DNA from: an uncultured Gemmatimonadales bacterium
GTDB lineage: Bacteria > Gemmatimonadota > Gemmatimonadetes > Longimicrobiales > RSA9
Reading direction: 5' to 3'
Assembly: GCA_963708135.1 (NCBI GenBank)
Contig: OY970192.1
Span: 1,376,001 to 1,440,000, forward strand
Length of the DNA stretch: 64,000 bases
In this document: one piece after another, positions 8,937-18,650 of the stretch
Position numbering within the stretch: position 1 is the stretch's first letter
How the letters are laid out: every line of letters begins with the position of its first letter
Made by a program: the position numbers and the translations under genes
The notes under the pieces: generated by a model
Told to the model about the DNA's origin: nothing
What the model saw: only the letters and a program-made list of their open reading frames with translations
Databases searched by the model: none

Positions 8937-11900
8937 ATGCGCGCCCCGCCGTTCGTACCCTCGGTTCACGGATTCCCGTTCGCCAACGAGTTCACGGTGG
9001 CGGGCGGGCTGTTCGGCCTGTCCTCTCCGCTGGCGCCGTCGTTCGGGCTGGCGGCGGGCATGTGCTGGGCGGCGCTGGATCGGTACGTCTCGGGGCGTCG
9101 CATTCCGCGTGACCTGACGCGTCCCGACGCCGGCGATGCGCTATACCTCGAGTTCGTGCAGCGGCAGACCAACGCGCTCTCCGGCCTCGGCTGGGACGTG
9201 CTCCGCCGCGTCCAGCAGGAGCCCGAGGTTGGCATCGTGCGCTCTCTCGCCGCGCGCTCCCGCCGCTCCTGGCGCTCCATCCGGCGCGAGATCGACTCCG
9301 GCCGCCCCGCGCTCCTGCTCGCCCTGCGTGCGGACGGGGTCTTCGGGGATCCGTCCACGAGCGCGCCGGTCCTCGCGCACTCCTATTCCATAGACCGGCG
9401 TATCGGCCGCGCCTCGCTCTCCGTCTATGACCCCAACCGGCCGGGGAGCGACTCGGTGCGGCTCACCTTCCGGCTCGGCGGCCCGCGCACCCCTCTCGGC
9501 GCCACGCTGGCGGCGGAGCCCGTGCGCGGCTTCCTCCACGTGCCCTACGATCGCGGAGTGCCGGCGTGGCTCACGTGGGAGGCGGCAGGCGACGTCGCGC
9601 GCAGCGGTCCGGCGCCCGTCGGCGCACCCATCGCCGCATGGGACCGGCGCGGGACGCTCCACGTCCTGGATCGGACGGAGGGGCCGGAGCTCGTCACCGT
9701 CCGGCGCGACCGACGCGGCCGCTGGACGGCCGCACGGCTGCCCCTGGCGGGCGCCTCGCCGGAGGGGGAGGAGCGCCTCGACGATCTCGCGGTGATCGAA
9801 GGGCCGCGGGCCATCGGCCGCACCGCGGCGGGGGACCTCGTCGAGCTGTACCGGTCTCCGCTCGGGCGCTGGCGCGCCCGCAACGTGACGCAGCGCCGCG
9901 GCATCGGAGACGGGTTCCGGGTTCAGACGGCGCCCTGCCTGCTGCGTGCGCCGCGGGGGCGCCTGGACGCCTTCGCCTGCCGCGAGGGACACCTGATCCA
10001 CTACGAGCGTCGCCCGGGAGGGCAGTGGCGGGCGCAGAACGTGACGGCGCGCCTGGGCCTTTCCGCCAGCCACGAGCTGTCGGGCGTTCCCGTGGCGATC
10101 CGTACGGGCGAGGGGACGCAGCACGTTCTCGGCCGCAGCGGCCAGGGCGACCTGATCCACTTCCGACGCGGCCGGGACGGGCGCTGGGGCGCGAGGAACG
10201 TGACCGCGGGACTCCCGGGCGCGGCCCGCATCCGCCTCGCTGGCGACCCCGCCGCCGTCGCCTGGCCCGACGGCAAAGAGCTCACCGTCTTCGCCGTGGA
10301 TGGGTCGGGCGGCGTGGCGCACCTCCGCTGGACGCCGCGCGCGGGCTGGCGGGCTCGCTCGCTCCTTCCCGATGCTGCGGCCGCCGAGGTCGCCTTCCCG
10401 TCGGAGGGTCCGCTGCAGCCGGTCGCGGGCGAGGACGGAACGCTCCACCTGTTCGCCAGAGCGGCCGATGGCCGGCTCATGCACGCGTGGGCGGCCCGTT
10501 CGCAGGCCTGGCGCCTCAATGTGCTCACCGGAACGCGCCCGACCACGCCGGCCGATCTCGGCCTCGAGCAGGGACCGTGCGCCGTGCGCGGGACCGGCGG
10601 CGAGTTGCGCGTCTTCGGACGCCTTGCCGGAGACCTCGTGCTCTACCGCTGGCACCCCGGCGCCGACTGGGTGGCGGAGAGCTTCGCGCGGGAGCGCTGG
10701 ACGGAGGCGGGCGGCGGCATTGCGGGTCCGGTCGTCCGCGTGGAGGGCCGTGCCGGCGGCATCGTCGCCTGTGACCTGCGCGGCGGCCCGATCCTGGTGC
10801 GCGCGACCCCGCTCGGCGCCGGCCGCACGCTCCTCCTCGGCACTTTGGCGGCGGTGCGGGCCGGCGGCGGCCTGCTGCTCGACTGGGCCGCGGCGCCCGC
10901 CCGGCTGGCCTCGCGGGTCGCGGATCTGCGCCGGGCCGAGCCGGCCGCGGAGGACGCGACCGGCCCCGCCGCCTCGGCAGTCATCGAAGCTCCGGAGATC
11001 CGCGAGCCGGCCCCGGAGGAGGGCCTCCTCCCCGGCGGCTGGACCGGCGAGTCGCGCGAGGTTCGGGAGCTGCGCCGCGAGCGCCGTCGGCTGGAGAGCG
11101 AGCGGGAGGAGCTGAGCGCCGACCGCGAGGCCCTCGTCGCGGACCGCGAGGAGCTCGGCTCGGAGCGGGAGCAGCTCACGTCCGACCGGGAGAGCGTTTC
11201 GGCGGAGCGAGACCGGGTGGCCGGGGAGCGCGAGCTCCTTGGCCTGGAGGAGGAGCGGCTCACCACAGATCGGCAGCAGCTGGCGGCGGAGCGCGACGAC
11301 CTGGCCGCCGAGCGGGCGCAGGCCGCGGCGGAGCGCGAGCGGCTCGACGCCGACCGGCATCGCATGGCGGTGGAGCGGGAAGAGCTCGCGGCGGAGCGCG
11401 ACGGTGTTAGGGCCGAGCGGGACGGTGTTACGGCGGAGCGGGATGCGTTCGCGGCGGAGCGGAATGCGCTCGCGGCGGAACGGGAGCGGCTCTCGGCGGA
11501 GGCCGAACGGCTGAGGGCGGAGCGGGAGCAGGTCGAGCGCGAGCGCGTGGAGCTGGCGGGCGACCGCGACCTGCTGGCCGGGAAGCGAGAAGGCATTGCG
11601 CCGGAGGCGGGCCGGGGGACCTCGGACTGGGAGCGCCCCGAGTACGACGAAGGAGCGATCGCGGAGCTCGAGGCGGAGCGGCAGCGGCTCACGGACGAGC
11701 TCGCGGGCGCCCGGCAGGCACGCGAGGAGATCGATCGCCGCCTGGCCGCCGCCGCGGCGGACGCGGACGCGCTGGCGCGCGAGAGAGCGGCGGTGGCCGA
11801 GGAGCGCGACCGGCTGCTGGACGAGGCCACGGCGGCCGCGGACGAGCGCGACCGCTTCGATGCCGAGCGCCGGCGCTTCGAGGCGGAGCGGGACCGGCTC

Positions 11901-13109
11901 GAGGCTGTGCGTGGGCGCCTGCAGGGCGACCGCGACGAGATCACCCGCGAGGAGGCGAGGACGGACGCGGCCCGCGAAGCCCTGGAGGCCGAACGGGATG
12001 GGCTCGCGAGCCAGGCCGCGGCGCTCGTCGAGGAGAAGAAGGCGCTTGCCGCCGAGCGGGAGGCGGAGGCGGTACGCCAGAAGGCGGCCAGGGAGGCGCT
12101 CGAGGCCGAGCGCGAGCAGCTCGCGACCTGGCGGAGCGCCCTGGAGGCGGAGATGGAGGAGGCGGCAGAGCGTCGCGCGGCGCTCGAGAAGGAGAGCGGC
12201 AAGCTGGCGGCCATGGCTGCGGAGCGCACGAGCCTGGGGGCGGAGCGCCCACCCGCCGGCGACGATCAGTCCCGGCTTCATGCGGCCCGCGACGCGCTGG
12301 AGGCGGAGCGCGAGCAGCTCGCGACCTGGCGTCGCGCGCTCGAGGGCGGGATGGAGGAGGCCGCGAAGCGGCGGGCCGGCCTGGACGAGGAGCGCGCCGC
12401 GCTGGAGCAGGAGCGCGCCGCGCTGGAGGAGAGCCGGGCGGCCGTGGAGGCGGAGCGCGGCGCCATCGAGGATGCCCGCAGCACGCTCGAGGAGCAGCGC
12501 AGGGCGCTGGAGGAGGAGCGGTCGCAGCCGAAGGCGCCCCCGGCGACGCCTCCCGCGCCCGTCGCCCTGGCGGAGGAGTCAGCGGCCGGGGACGAAACGG
12601 CCGAGGCCGCGGCCGAACGGATCGCGAGCGAGCTGGAGGAGGCCGCCGCGGTCGGCGAGGCCCGGCGCGCCGCCCGGGAGCAGGACAACGGGCGGTCGAA
12701 GAAGCAGGAGCGGAAGAAGGCCGGGAGGTCGCGTCGCGACATCGCCGCGCACGCGAACGGCAAGCCGGAAGCGAACGGTAAGGTGGACTCCGGGCCGGCG
12801 GCAGCGCCCGCGAGCGGCTTTCCGGCCCGGGGTGCTACGCCCGCCCGGCATCGGAGCCCGGCGCTGGACGGCCTCCCGCTCTTCGATCCGGACGAGCCGA
12901 TCACGCCGCACGAGCCGCCCGAGGCCGGGGCGCAGCCCGGAGAGGCGGCGGCGCAGGCGGCGCCGGCCCCGCAGCAGAGCGAGGTGCAGAAGCGGCACAA
13001 GGAGAGCCGGGCGCTCAAGCGGATCCTCGCGCTCTCCGACCGCTACAGCCCGAAGATCTTCTCGCCCGGCGAGGACCCTGCGCAGGAGGAAGGAGACCGG
13101 GCCGGCTGA
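8937..13109 (+). CDS. Large hypothetical protein: papain-like N-terminal domain (apparently inactive), beta-propeller repeats, long coiled coil, Pro/Ala-rich tail
   Basis: ATG 8937 preceded by GGAG; FVPSVHGFPFANEF..GLAAGM..VYDPN domain; about 7 GxLxH(Y/F)..W.A.NVT repeats; several hundred aa of E/R/A heptads. Confidence 0.75.
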   Translation: MRAPPFVPSVHGFPFANEFTVAGGLFGLSSPLAPSFGLAAGMCWAALDRYVSGRRIPRDLTRPDAGDALYLEFVQRQTNALSGLGWDVLRRVQQEPEVGIVRSLAARSRRSWRSIRREIDSGRPALLLALRADGVFGDPSTSAPVLAHSYSIDRRIGRASLSVYDPNRPGSDSVRLTFRLGGPRTPLGATLAAEPVRGFLHVPYDRGVPAWLTWEAAGDVARSGPAPVGAPIAAWDRRGTLHVLDRTEGPELVTVRRDRRGRWTAARLPLAGASPEGEERLDDLAVIEGPRAIGRTAAGDLVELYRSPLGRWRARNVTQRRGIGDGFRVQTAPCLLRAPRGRLDAFACREGHLIHYERRPGGQWRAQNVTARLGLSASHELSGVPVAIRTGEGTQHVLGRSGQGDLIHFRRGRDGRWGARNVTAGLPGAARIRLAGDPAAVAWPDGKELTVFAVDGSGGVAHLRWTPRAGWRARSLLPDAAAAEVAFPSEGPLQPVAGEDGTLHLFARAADGRLMHAWAARSQAWRLNVLTGTRPTTPADLGLEQGPCAVRGTGGELRVFGRLAGDLVLYRWHPGADWVAESFARERWTEAGGGIAGPVVRVEGRAGGIVACDLRGGPILVRATPLGAGRTLLLGTLAAVRAGGGLLLDWAAAPARLASRVADLRRAEPAAEDATGPAASAVIEAPEIREPAPEEGLLPGGWTGESREVRELRRERRRLESEREELSADREALVADREELGSEREQLTSDRESVSAERDRVAGERELLGLEEERLTTDRQQLAAERDDLAAERAQAAAERERLDADRHRMAVEREELAAERDGVRAERDGVTAERDAFAAERNALAAERERLSAEAERLRAEREQVERERVELAGDRDLLAGKREGIAPEAGRGTSDWERPEYDEGAIAELEAERQRLTDELAGARQAREEIDRRLAAAAADADALARERAAVAEERDRLLDEATAAADERDRFDAERRRFEAERDRLEAVRGRLQGDRDEITREEARTDAAREALEAERDGLASQAAALVEEKKALAAEREAEAVRQKAAREALEAEREQLATWRSALEAEMEEAAERRAALEKESGKLAAMAAERTSLGAERPPAGDDQSRLHAARDALEAEREQLATWRRALEGGMEEAAKRRAGLDEERAALEQERAALEESRAAVEAERGAIEDARSTLEEQRRALEEERSQPKAPPATPPAPVALAEESAAGDETAEAAAERIASELEEAAAVGEARRAAREQDNGRSKKQERKKAGRSRRDIAAHANGKPEANGKVDSGPAAAPASGFPARGATPARHRSPALDGLPLFDPDEPITPHEPPEAGAQPGEAAAQAAPAPQQSEVQKRHKESRALKRILALSDRYSPKIFSPGEDPAQEEGDRAG

Positions 13110-13135
13110 GCGGAGGAACCGCCGGTGGGGGCTAG

Positions 13136-14401
13136 CTAGGTGGTGCCCGGCTCCGGCCCGGCGCCGGGCCGCCACATGCCCTTGGCGACCGCGGGCACGA
13201 ACGCGTCCAGCCCCGGGGGCGGGAACTGGAGTGTGCGTCCCTCCTCCGCGCTGCGGTACGCGGCCATGAGCAGTTGCACGACCTCGAGCCCGTCCTCGAA
13301 CGTCAGGCGGGGGGGCTCCTTGCCCAGGAAGGCCCGCACGAAGTGGCGGTCCTCCGCGGCATACCCGTAGGCGGCGGCTTCATCGGCCACCACCGGCATG
13401 AGCCCCGTCTCGGCGTTCTGCTTCTCGACCAGGTCCTCCCCCGCATCCCCCGCCACCCTTCGCGAGAAGAAGAGCCGCAGCCCGGTGTCCAGGCTGCTCC
13501 AGGCCATCGAGTACTCCGGGCCGAGGCATTCGGCGGAGAGTCGCAGGCCGGGGCCGACGAAGCTCCACGAGGTCGTCGCCTCGCCGAGCACCCGGTGCCC
13601 ATCCTCGGTCTCGAACTCGACGGTGATGCTGGCGAAGTCCTCCGCCGGCGCGTGCCCGTAGTCCACGGCCGCGCCCATCATCTCGGAGAGCCGCCCCACG
13701 TACTCGGGGCGGGTCCACTTGAGGCTGGCGATGTGTCCGGTCACGCGGACCGGGCGGACGCTCGAGAGCGGCCGATCGGGGCTGGTGAGGAGGTGCCGGA
13801 TGACGAGCGCGGAGTGGCACATCATGTCGTTCAGCACGCCGCCACCCTGCAGGCTGCCCTGCCAGAACCACGGCTTGTGCGGGCCGCTGTGCTCCTCCGC
13901 CGCTCGCGCGAGGTACGGGCGCCCGGTGGTGGCGGCGCCGCGTCGCCAGAGGAGCGTCCGTCCGCGCTCGATGGCCGGCGCGAAGACCTGGTTCTCCAGG
14001 TAGCCGGTGACCAGCCCCGCGCCGCGCGCGAGCTCGACGACCCGGCGCGCCTCCGCGACGTTGCGCGCGAGCGGCTTCTCGCACGCGAGCCCCTTCAGCG
14101 CGCCGCGCCCGCTCTCCAGCGCCCGCACGATCTCCTCCACGTTGCCGACCCGGGAGTGGTTCGGACCACACAGCCAGATCGCGTCGATCGCGGGATCCTC
14201 GACCATCTCCGTGATCGAGCCGTAGGCGCGCCCGCTCCCGATGTCCAGCCGCCGGGCCTCCTCGGCCGCGGACGCGGCGTTCTCGGCGTTCGGGCTCCAC
14301 ACGCCGCGCACGTCCGCGTCGCGCACGGAGCGCCACGCCTCCATGTGGAAGCGCGCGTTGAAGCCGCTGCCAATGAAGCCGACGCCCAGCCGCTCACCCA
14401 T
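13136..14401 (-). CDS. Gfo/Idh/MocA-family NAD(P)-dependent oxidoreductase
   Basis: VGFIGSGFNARFH Rossmann start, CEKPLA, GGGVLNDMMCH. Confidence 0.88.
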   Translation of the reverse strand: MGERLGVGFIGSGFNARFHMEAWRSVRDADVRGVWSPNAENAASAAEEARRLDIGSGRAYGSITEMVEDPAIDAIWLCGPNHSRVGNVEEIVRALESGRGALKGLACEKPLARNVAEARRVVELARGAGLVTGYLENQVFAPAIERGRTLLWRRGAATTGRPYLARAAEEHSGPHKPWFWQGSLQGGGVLNDMMCHSALVIRHLLTSPDRPLSSVRPVRVTGHIASLKWTRPEYVGRLSEMMGAAVDYGHAPAEDFASITVEFETEDGHRVLGEATTSWSFVGPGLRLSAECLGPEYSMAWSSLDTGLRLFFSRRVAGDAGEDLVEKQNAETGLMPVVADEAAAYGYAAEDRHFVRAFLGKEPPRLTFEDGLEVVQLLMAAYRSAEEGRTLQFPPPGLDAFVPAVAKGMWRPGAGPEPGTT

Positions 14402-15017
14402 CGCCGATCTCCTCGTAATGCACGCCCAGCTTGCGCAGCGCGGGCTCCGGACAGCCCTTCCATTCCGGCACCACCTGGTTGCCCAGGAAGCGGATGTCCT
14501 CGATCCCGATCCGGCTCGTGTAGAAGCCGGTCGCCGTCAGGTCCCGGAAGCGGTTGAAGAACGCCACGCCCTGGCTCATCTCCGGGCGCGCCCGCTCCGG
14601 CCAGGCAATGTCATCCAGGATCGCGGTCCGCTGCGCCTGCTTCGCCCCCGCGAACGACTGCCCGAAGCGACGCCGGCTCTCCTCGTCTAGCCAGCGCAGC
14701 CCGCCGCGCATCGGCGTCTGGAGCTCCGGCCGGTCCACGAGCGTGAAGTCCATGAACTCCGGCACCCCCGCGTCCGTGGCGCTGCCCGAGCGCTCGTCGC
14801 GCGGGATCACCAGATCCGCGAGCAACCGCACCGTGCGCCATTCGTGTGGCGAGAAGAAGCGGGGCGCGAACGCGACCCCCGTCTTCTCCTGCTCCACCAC
14901 CGCCCGCTGCGCCGCTTCCGCGGCGCGGCCGAGCACGGTCGGCCGGCCGTCCAGCGCCGTCGTGAGCGGGACGGCGGCCATGAGGGCGAGCATCTGACGC
15001 CGGTTGATGTCGCTCAC
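14394..15017 (-). CDS. Gluconate 2-dehydrogenase subunit 3-family protein (Tat-exported GMC partner subunit)
   Basis: INRRQML twin-arginine motif; FFSPHEW..LADLVIP..SATDAGVPEFMD; FFNRFRDLTATGFYTS. Confidence 0.88.
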   Translation of the reverse strand: MSDINRRQMLALMAAVPLTTALDGRPTVLGRAAEAAQRAVVEQEKTGVAFAPRFFSPHEWRTVRLLADLVIPRDERSGSATDAGVPEFMDFTLVDRPELQTPMRGGLRWLDEESRRRFGQSFAGAKQAQRTAILDDIAWPERARPEMSQGVAFFNRFRDLTATGFYTSRIGIEDIRFLGNQVVPEWKGCPEPALRKLGVHYEEIGDG

Positions 15018-16708
15018 AGCTCCCCCTTCTTCATCAGGTCCGCGATGATGCCGGATGTGCGCGCGGACAGCGCGAGGATCGTCCAGGTCGGGTTCTTGTC
15101 CGCCTGCGAGACGAACGGAGCGCCATCCGCCACGAACAGGTTCTTCACGTCGTGCGCCTGGCAGCGCGCGTTGAGCACCGAGCGCTTCGGGTCGGTCCCC
15201 ATCCGGGTCCCGCCCACCTCGTGGATGATCGTGCCGCCGGGCGCGATGCCGTAGCCCTCCTCCTTCGTCGGCATCGGCTGCCGCACCACCCCGCCCATGT
15301 CGTCCATCAGCGCGCGGAAGGTCTCCTGCATGTGCTTCACCTGCTGATACTCGTGCTCCGTGAACTCCCAGTGGAAGCGAAGCACGGGGATTCCGTAGCG
15401 ATCCACGACCTCCGGATCGACCTCGCAGTAGGAGCCCTCGTTCGGGATCATCTCGCCCCGCCCCGAGAAGCCGACGTGCGCGCCGTAGTAGCGCCGGTAG
15501 TCCTGCTTCAGCGCCTTGCCGTAGCCACCCCCGGATGGATAGTGCTGGATCCCCCCCATGAAGCCGTAGGACGGCATTCCCATCCCGCCCCAGATCTCGA
15601 TGTGGTAGCCGCGCGGGAAATCCAGCTTACGGTTGTCCAGCCACCACGGCATGTAGAGGTGCATGCCGCCGACGCCGTCCTCGTTGTGCGCCACCGGGTC
15701 CACCATGCGTGGGATGAAGCCGGACACGTCCGTGCCCAGCGTGTCCGTGAGCGAGCGCCCGACCTGGCCGCTCGAGTTGGCCAGCCCGTGCGGAAACAGC
15801 GAGGAGCGCGAGTTCAGGAGCAGCCGGCTCGTCTCGCACGCGCTCGCCGCCAGCACGACAATGTGCGCGCGCACGTGCTCGTCCGCACCCGTCTTCTTGT
15901 CGATGTAGGAGACCCCGGTCGCGAGACCCTGCGGGTTCGTGGTCACCTCCCGCGCCATCGCGTTCGTGATCAGCGTCAGGTGCCCCGTCCCGAGCGCGGG
16001 CTGGATCAGGACCGGGGGGCTGGAGAAGTTGGAGTTCGTGCCGCACCCCCGGCCACATTCGCCGCAGTAGTGGCACGCAGGCCGGTCGTGGATCGAGCGC
16101 GTTATGATCGAGAGACGGGAGGGGATGCACGTCACGCCCAGCCGGTCCGCCGACTCCTTGATCATGAGCTCGTAGCAGCGCGGCCGCGGCGGCGGCAGGA
16201 AGATGCCGTCCGGATCGTTCGGGAGCCCCTCCCTGCTCCCGAACACGCCGATCAGGCGGTCCACCGCGTCGTAGTGCGGCTTCAGGTCCTCGTAGCCGAT
16301 CGGCCAGTTCTCGCTCAGCCCGTCCAGGTCGCCTCGCCGGAAGTCGTCCGGCCCGAAGCGCAGCGAGATCCGGCCCCAGTGGTTCGTGCGCCCGCCCAGC
16401 ATTCGCGCGCGCCACCAGTTGAACTCCGTGCCCGGCGCCGTGGTGTACGGCTCGCCATCGATGTGCCACCCCCCAATGCAGCCGTCGAACTCGCCGAACG
16501 GCTTCTCCCTCGTGGATGCGCCGCGTCGCGCAGACTCGTAGGGCCACTTCAGCATGGCGCTGTCCCGGGTCGAGTACCATTCCGGCCCGGCTTCCAGGAG
16601 GACGACGTTCGCGCCCGCACGGGTGAGCTGGTAGGCGGCCATGCCGCCTCCCGCGCCCGAGCCGACGATGCAGACGTCGTAGAGCCTGCGTCGCGACACT
16701 TGCATCAT
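15014..16708 (-). CDS. GMC-family FAD oxidoreductase (glycoside 3-dehydrogenase-like)
   Basis: DVCIVGSGAGGG, RMLGGRTNHWGR, CHYCGECGRGC Fe-S-type motif, IHEVGGTRMG, KNPTWTILALS. Confidence 0.9.
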   Translation of the reverse strand: MMQVSRRRLYDVCIVGSGAGGGMAAYQLTRAGANVVLLEAGPEWYSTRDSAMLKWPYESARRGASTREKPFGEFDGCIGGWHIDGEPYTTAPGTEFNWWRARMLGGRTNHWGRISLRFGPDDFRRGDLDGLSENWPIGYEDLKPHYDAVDRLIGVFGSREGLPNDPDGIFLPPPRPRCYELMIKESADRLGVTCIPSRLSIITRSIHDRPACHYCGECGRGCGTNSNFSSPPVLIQPALGTGHLTLITNAMAREVTTNPQGLATGVSYIDKKTGADEHVRAHIVVLAASACETSRLLLNSRSSLFPHGLANSSGQVGRSLTDTLGTDVSGFIPRMVDPVAHNEDGVGGMHLYMPWWLDNRKLDFPRGYHIEIWGGMGMPSYGFMGGIQHYPSGGGYGKALKQDYRRYYGAHVGFSGRGEMIPNEGSYCEVDPEVVDRYGIPVLRFHWEFTEHEYQQVKHMQETFRALMDDMGGVVRQPMPTKEEGYGIAPGGTIIHEVGGTRMGTDPKRSVLNARCQAHDVKNLFVADGAPFVSQADKNPTWTILALSARTSGIIADLMKKGEL

Positions 16709-16792
16709 GTTCTCCAGATGGGGTCCCTGCGTGGGGCTCTGATCCTGATGTAATCCGCGAGAGAAGGCGATGCAAGCCGGCGCCGTTGTGCC

Positions 16793-17779
16793 TCAGCCGT
16801 CCTCCGGATCGAGGAGATCCACCAGTGCCCGGCCATCGGTGCTCAGCTCGTAGTAGACCCGCCGTCCGAGCCGTGTGCGATCGACGAGGCCCGTGTCCTT
16901 CAGCCGGCCGAGCACCTGCGAGGCGCCTCCGGGCGTGCAGCCCAGGCGCGTCGCCACCTCCACGGTCGTGGCGGGGTTCCCGAGCTGCCGCAGCACCCGC
17001 GCGCGGGCACGGCCCACCAGCAGCGCCAGGCGGTCCCGCTCGGCTCCGCTCGCCGTCCGCCACGGCGCGCTCGCGTCGCGGGCCGGGAAGACCAGCGTCG
17101 GCCGGCCCGGGGCATCACAGAACACCTGCACGTCGGGCCAGGCGAACACCGAGGGTACCAGCAGCAGGCCATCGCCGAGCGTCAGGTACCGGTCCTCCGC
17201 CGCCTCGACCTCGATCGTCCGGCCGTCGTAGCGGATCGACGGGTGGAGTCGGCCGAGCAGCCCGCTCGCCCCATCCTCCGCCAGCTCACGCGATCGATGG
17301 AGCAACTCCGCCTCCAGGAGTCCCGCGAGCCGTGTCCACTCCGGCGCGAGCACGCGCGCCCAGTAGCTCTCGAGCAGGCGGACCAGATCCTGCACCGCAC
17401 GGGTCGGCTCGCGGAGGAAACGGTCCATCTCGGGCGGCCGCTCGAGCCCGCCGGCGTAGGCGCGCAGCGCCTCGCGGCGCGCGACCTCGGCCGGCGTGCG
17501 GCGGACCTCCTCGAGCTGCTGGTCGAAGCCGGGCGTCGCCCTGCCCGGAGGCGGCGCAACGAAGCGGGCGACGTAGCGCCCGTCCAGCGGCACGACCACC
17601 TGAAGCAGGGAGAAGTCCAGCCCGCGGGCGCGTCGTCTCGCCCGCCGCACCCAGGGCAGGTGCAGCGCGTGGCGCGCTGGATCGGCCAGCACCCGCGTGC
17701 TCGCGACGCATTCCCACAGCGGGCTGCAGGCGAGGCGCAGGTGAGCGGCGGCGCTCTCGGGCAGTCGCATGCGGATCAT
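16793..17779 (-). CDS. ArsR-like wHTH regulator with N-terminal DUF5937-type domain
   Basis: RLACSPLWECVAS, LLLVPSVFAWP, LLVGRARARVL..TTVEVATRLG..GLVDRTRLGRRVYY. Confidence 0.8.
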   Translation of the reverse strand: MIRMRLPESAAAHLRLACSPLWECVASTRVLADPARHALHLPWVRRARRRARGLDFSLLQVVVPLDGRYVARFVAPPPGRATPGFDQQLEEVRRTPAEVARREALRAYAGGLERPPEMDRFLREPTRAVQDLVRLLESYWARVLAPEWTRLAGLLEAELLHRSRELAEDGASGLLGRLHPSIRYDGRTIEVEAAEDRYLTLGDGLLLVPSVFAWPDVQVFCDAPGRPTLVFPARDASAPWRTASGAERDRLALLVGRARARVLRQLGNPATTVEVATRLGCTPGGASQVLGRLKDTGLVDRTRLGRRVYYELSTDGRALVDLLDPEDG

Positions 17780-17951
17780 GGTTTACATTTTCCTGAATCG
17801 TCGGGAGACGCGCAAGCCTCTCGCGCAGAACGGCTGTCGAGGGGACGCCGCCCGGCCTCGACGCACCCGGTGTGTGCCGGGTCCGTGTCCGTTACGCCAC
17901 GCCGGCCCGCACCGCCGCGCGCCGGAACCCCTGGCGAGGAGGGTTGATCGC

Positions 17952-18614
17952 GTGAGTCGTTGCCGAGCGTGCCTGCTTTCCGGCGTCCTGCTGGTCGCGC
18001 CCCTGCTCCTCTCTGCGTGCCATCACCGCGCGCCCCCAACGCACCCGGCGACCCGGCCGCCCACGACCGCCTCGCCCACTCCCGCGCGGCCCTCAGAGGC
18101 GCCGCCGGCGGCGGGGCCGCGCGTGGACGAGATCGCCCTGTGCGCGCTCGACCCGAGCTCTCCGCGGGGGCTGGGGCTCGTCCGTGCCGTGCACGTGCAG
18201 GGCACGGCCGACACGCTGGGGGTGGTGGATGGCCGGCGGGTTCCCTTGGAGGAGGCGTCCCGCGGCGGGACGTTGCGCGAGGCGGAGTGGTACAGGGCGC
18301 ACGAGCCGTTCGTGCTCGAGATGGGAACGGCGCGGCTCCGCTACGACATCTATGGGACGGGCCGGATCATCGACCCGACCGACCTCGCCTACCTCGGGGA
18401 GGCGGACGGTCTTCCGGTGTTCGCGGCGGCGAGCGAGGTCTCCGCCGTGGCCGGCCTGCTCCGACAGGCGCTCGCTCGCGACCCGCACCTGTCCGCCGTG
18501 CTGGCCTCGAGCCCCCGTATCCGGCAGGTCGTGGGCGGGCTGCAGGTACTTTACGTGCCGCTGCGGCGCACGCGGTGCGTGTTCCAGGGGCTTCTGCGCC
18601 GGAGCGGATCGTAG
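17952..18614 (+). CDS. Hypothetical lipoprotein
   Basis: GAGGAGG SD, GTG start, lipobox LLSA-C, Pro-rich linker, globular C-terminal domain ending YVPLRRTRCVFQ. Confidence 0.6.
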   Translation: MSRCRACLLSGVLLVAPLLLSACHHRAPPTHPATRPPTTASPTPARPSEAPPAAGPRVDEIALCALDPSSPRGLGLVRAVHVQGTADTLGVVDGRRVPLEEASRGGTLREAEWYRAHEPFVLEMGTARLRYDIYGTGRIIDPTDLAYLGEADGLPVFAAASEVSAVAGLLRQALARDPHLSAVLASSPRIRQVVGGLQVLYVPLRRTRCVFQGLLRRSGS

Positions 18615-18650
18615 CTGGCGCGGGACGTCTCCGGGCGCTCGCTTGTCCAC

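Noticed and set aside
11070..12520. 21-nt periodic repeats (GCGGAGCG...) as a possible CRISPR or DNA repeat array
   Set aside because: In-frame degenerate heptad codons of a coiled coil; no constant repeat with unique spacers and no cas genes
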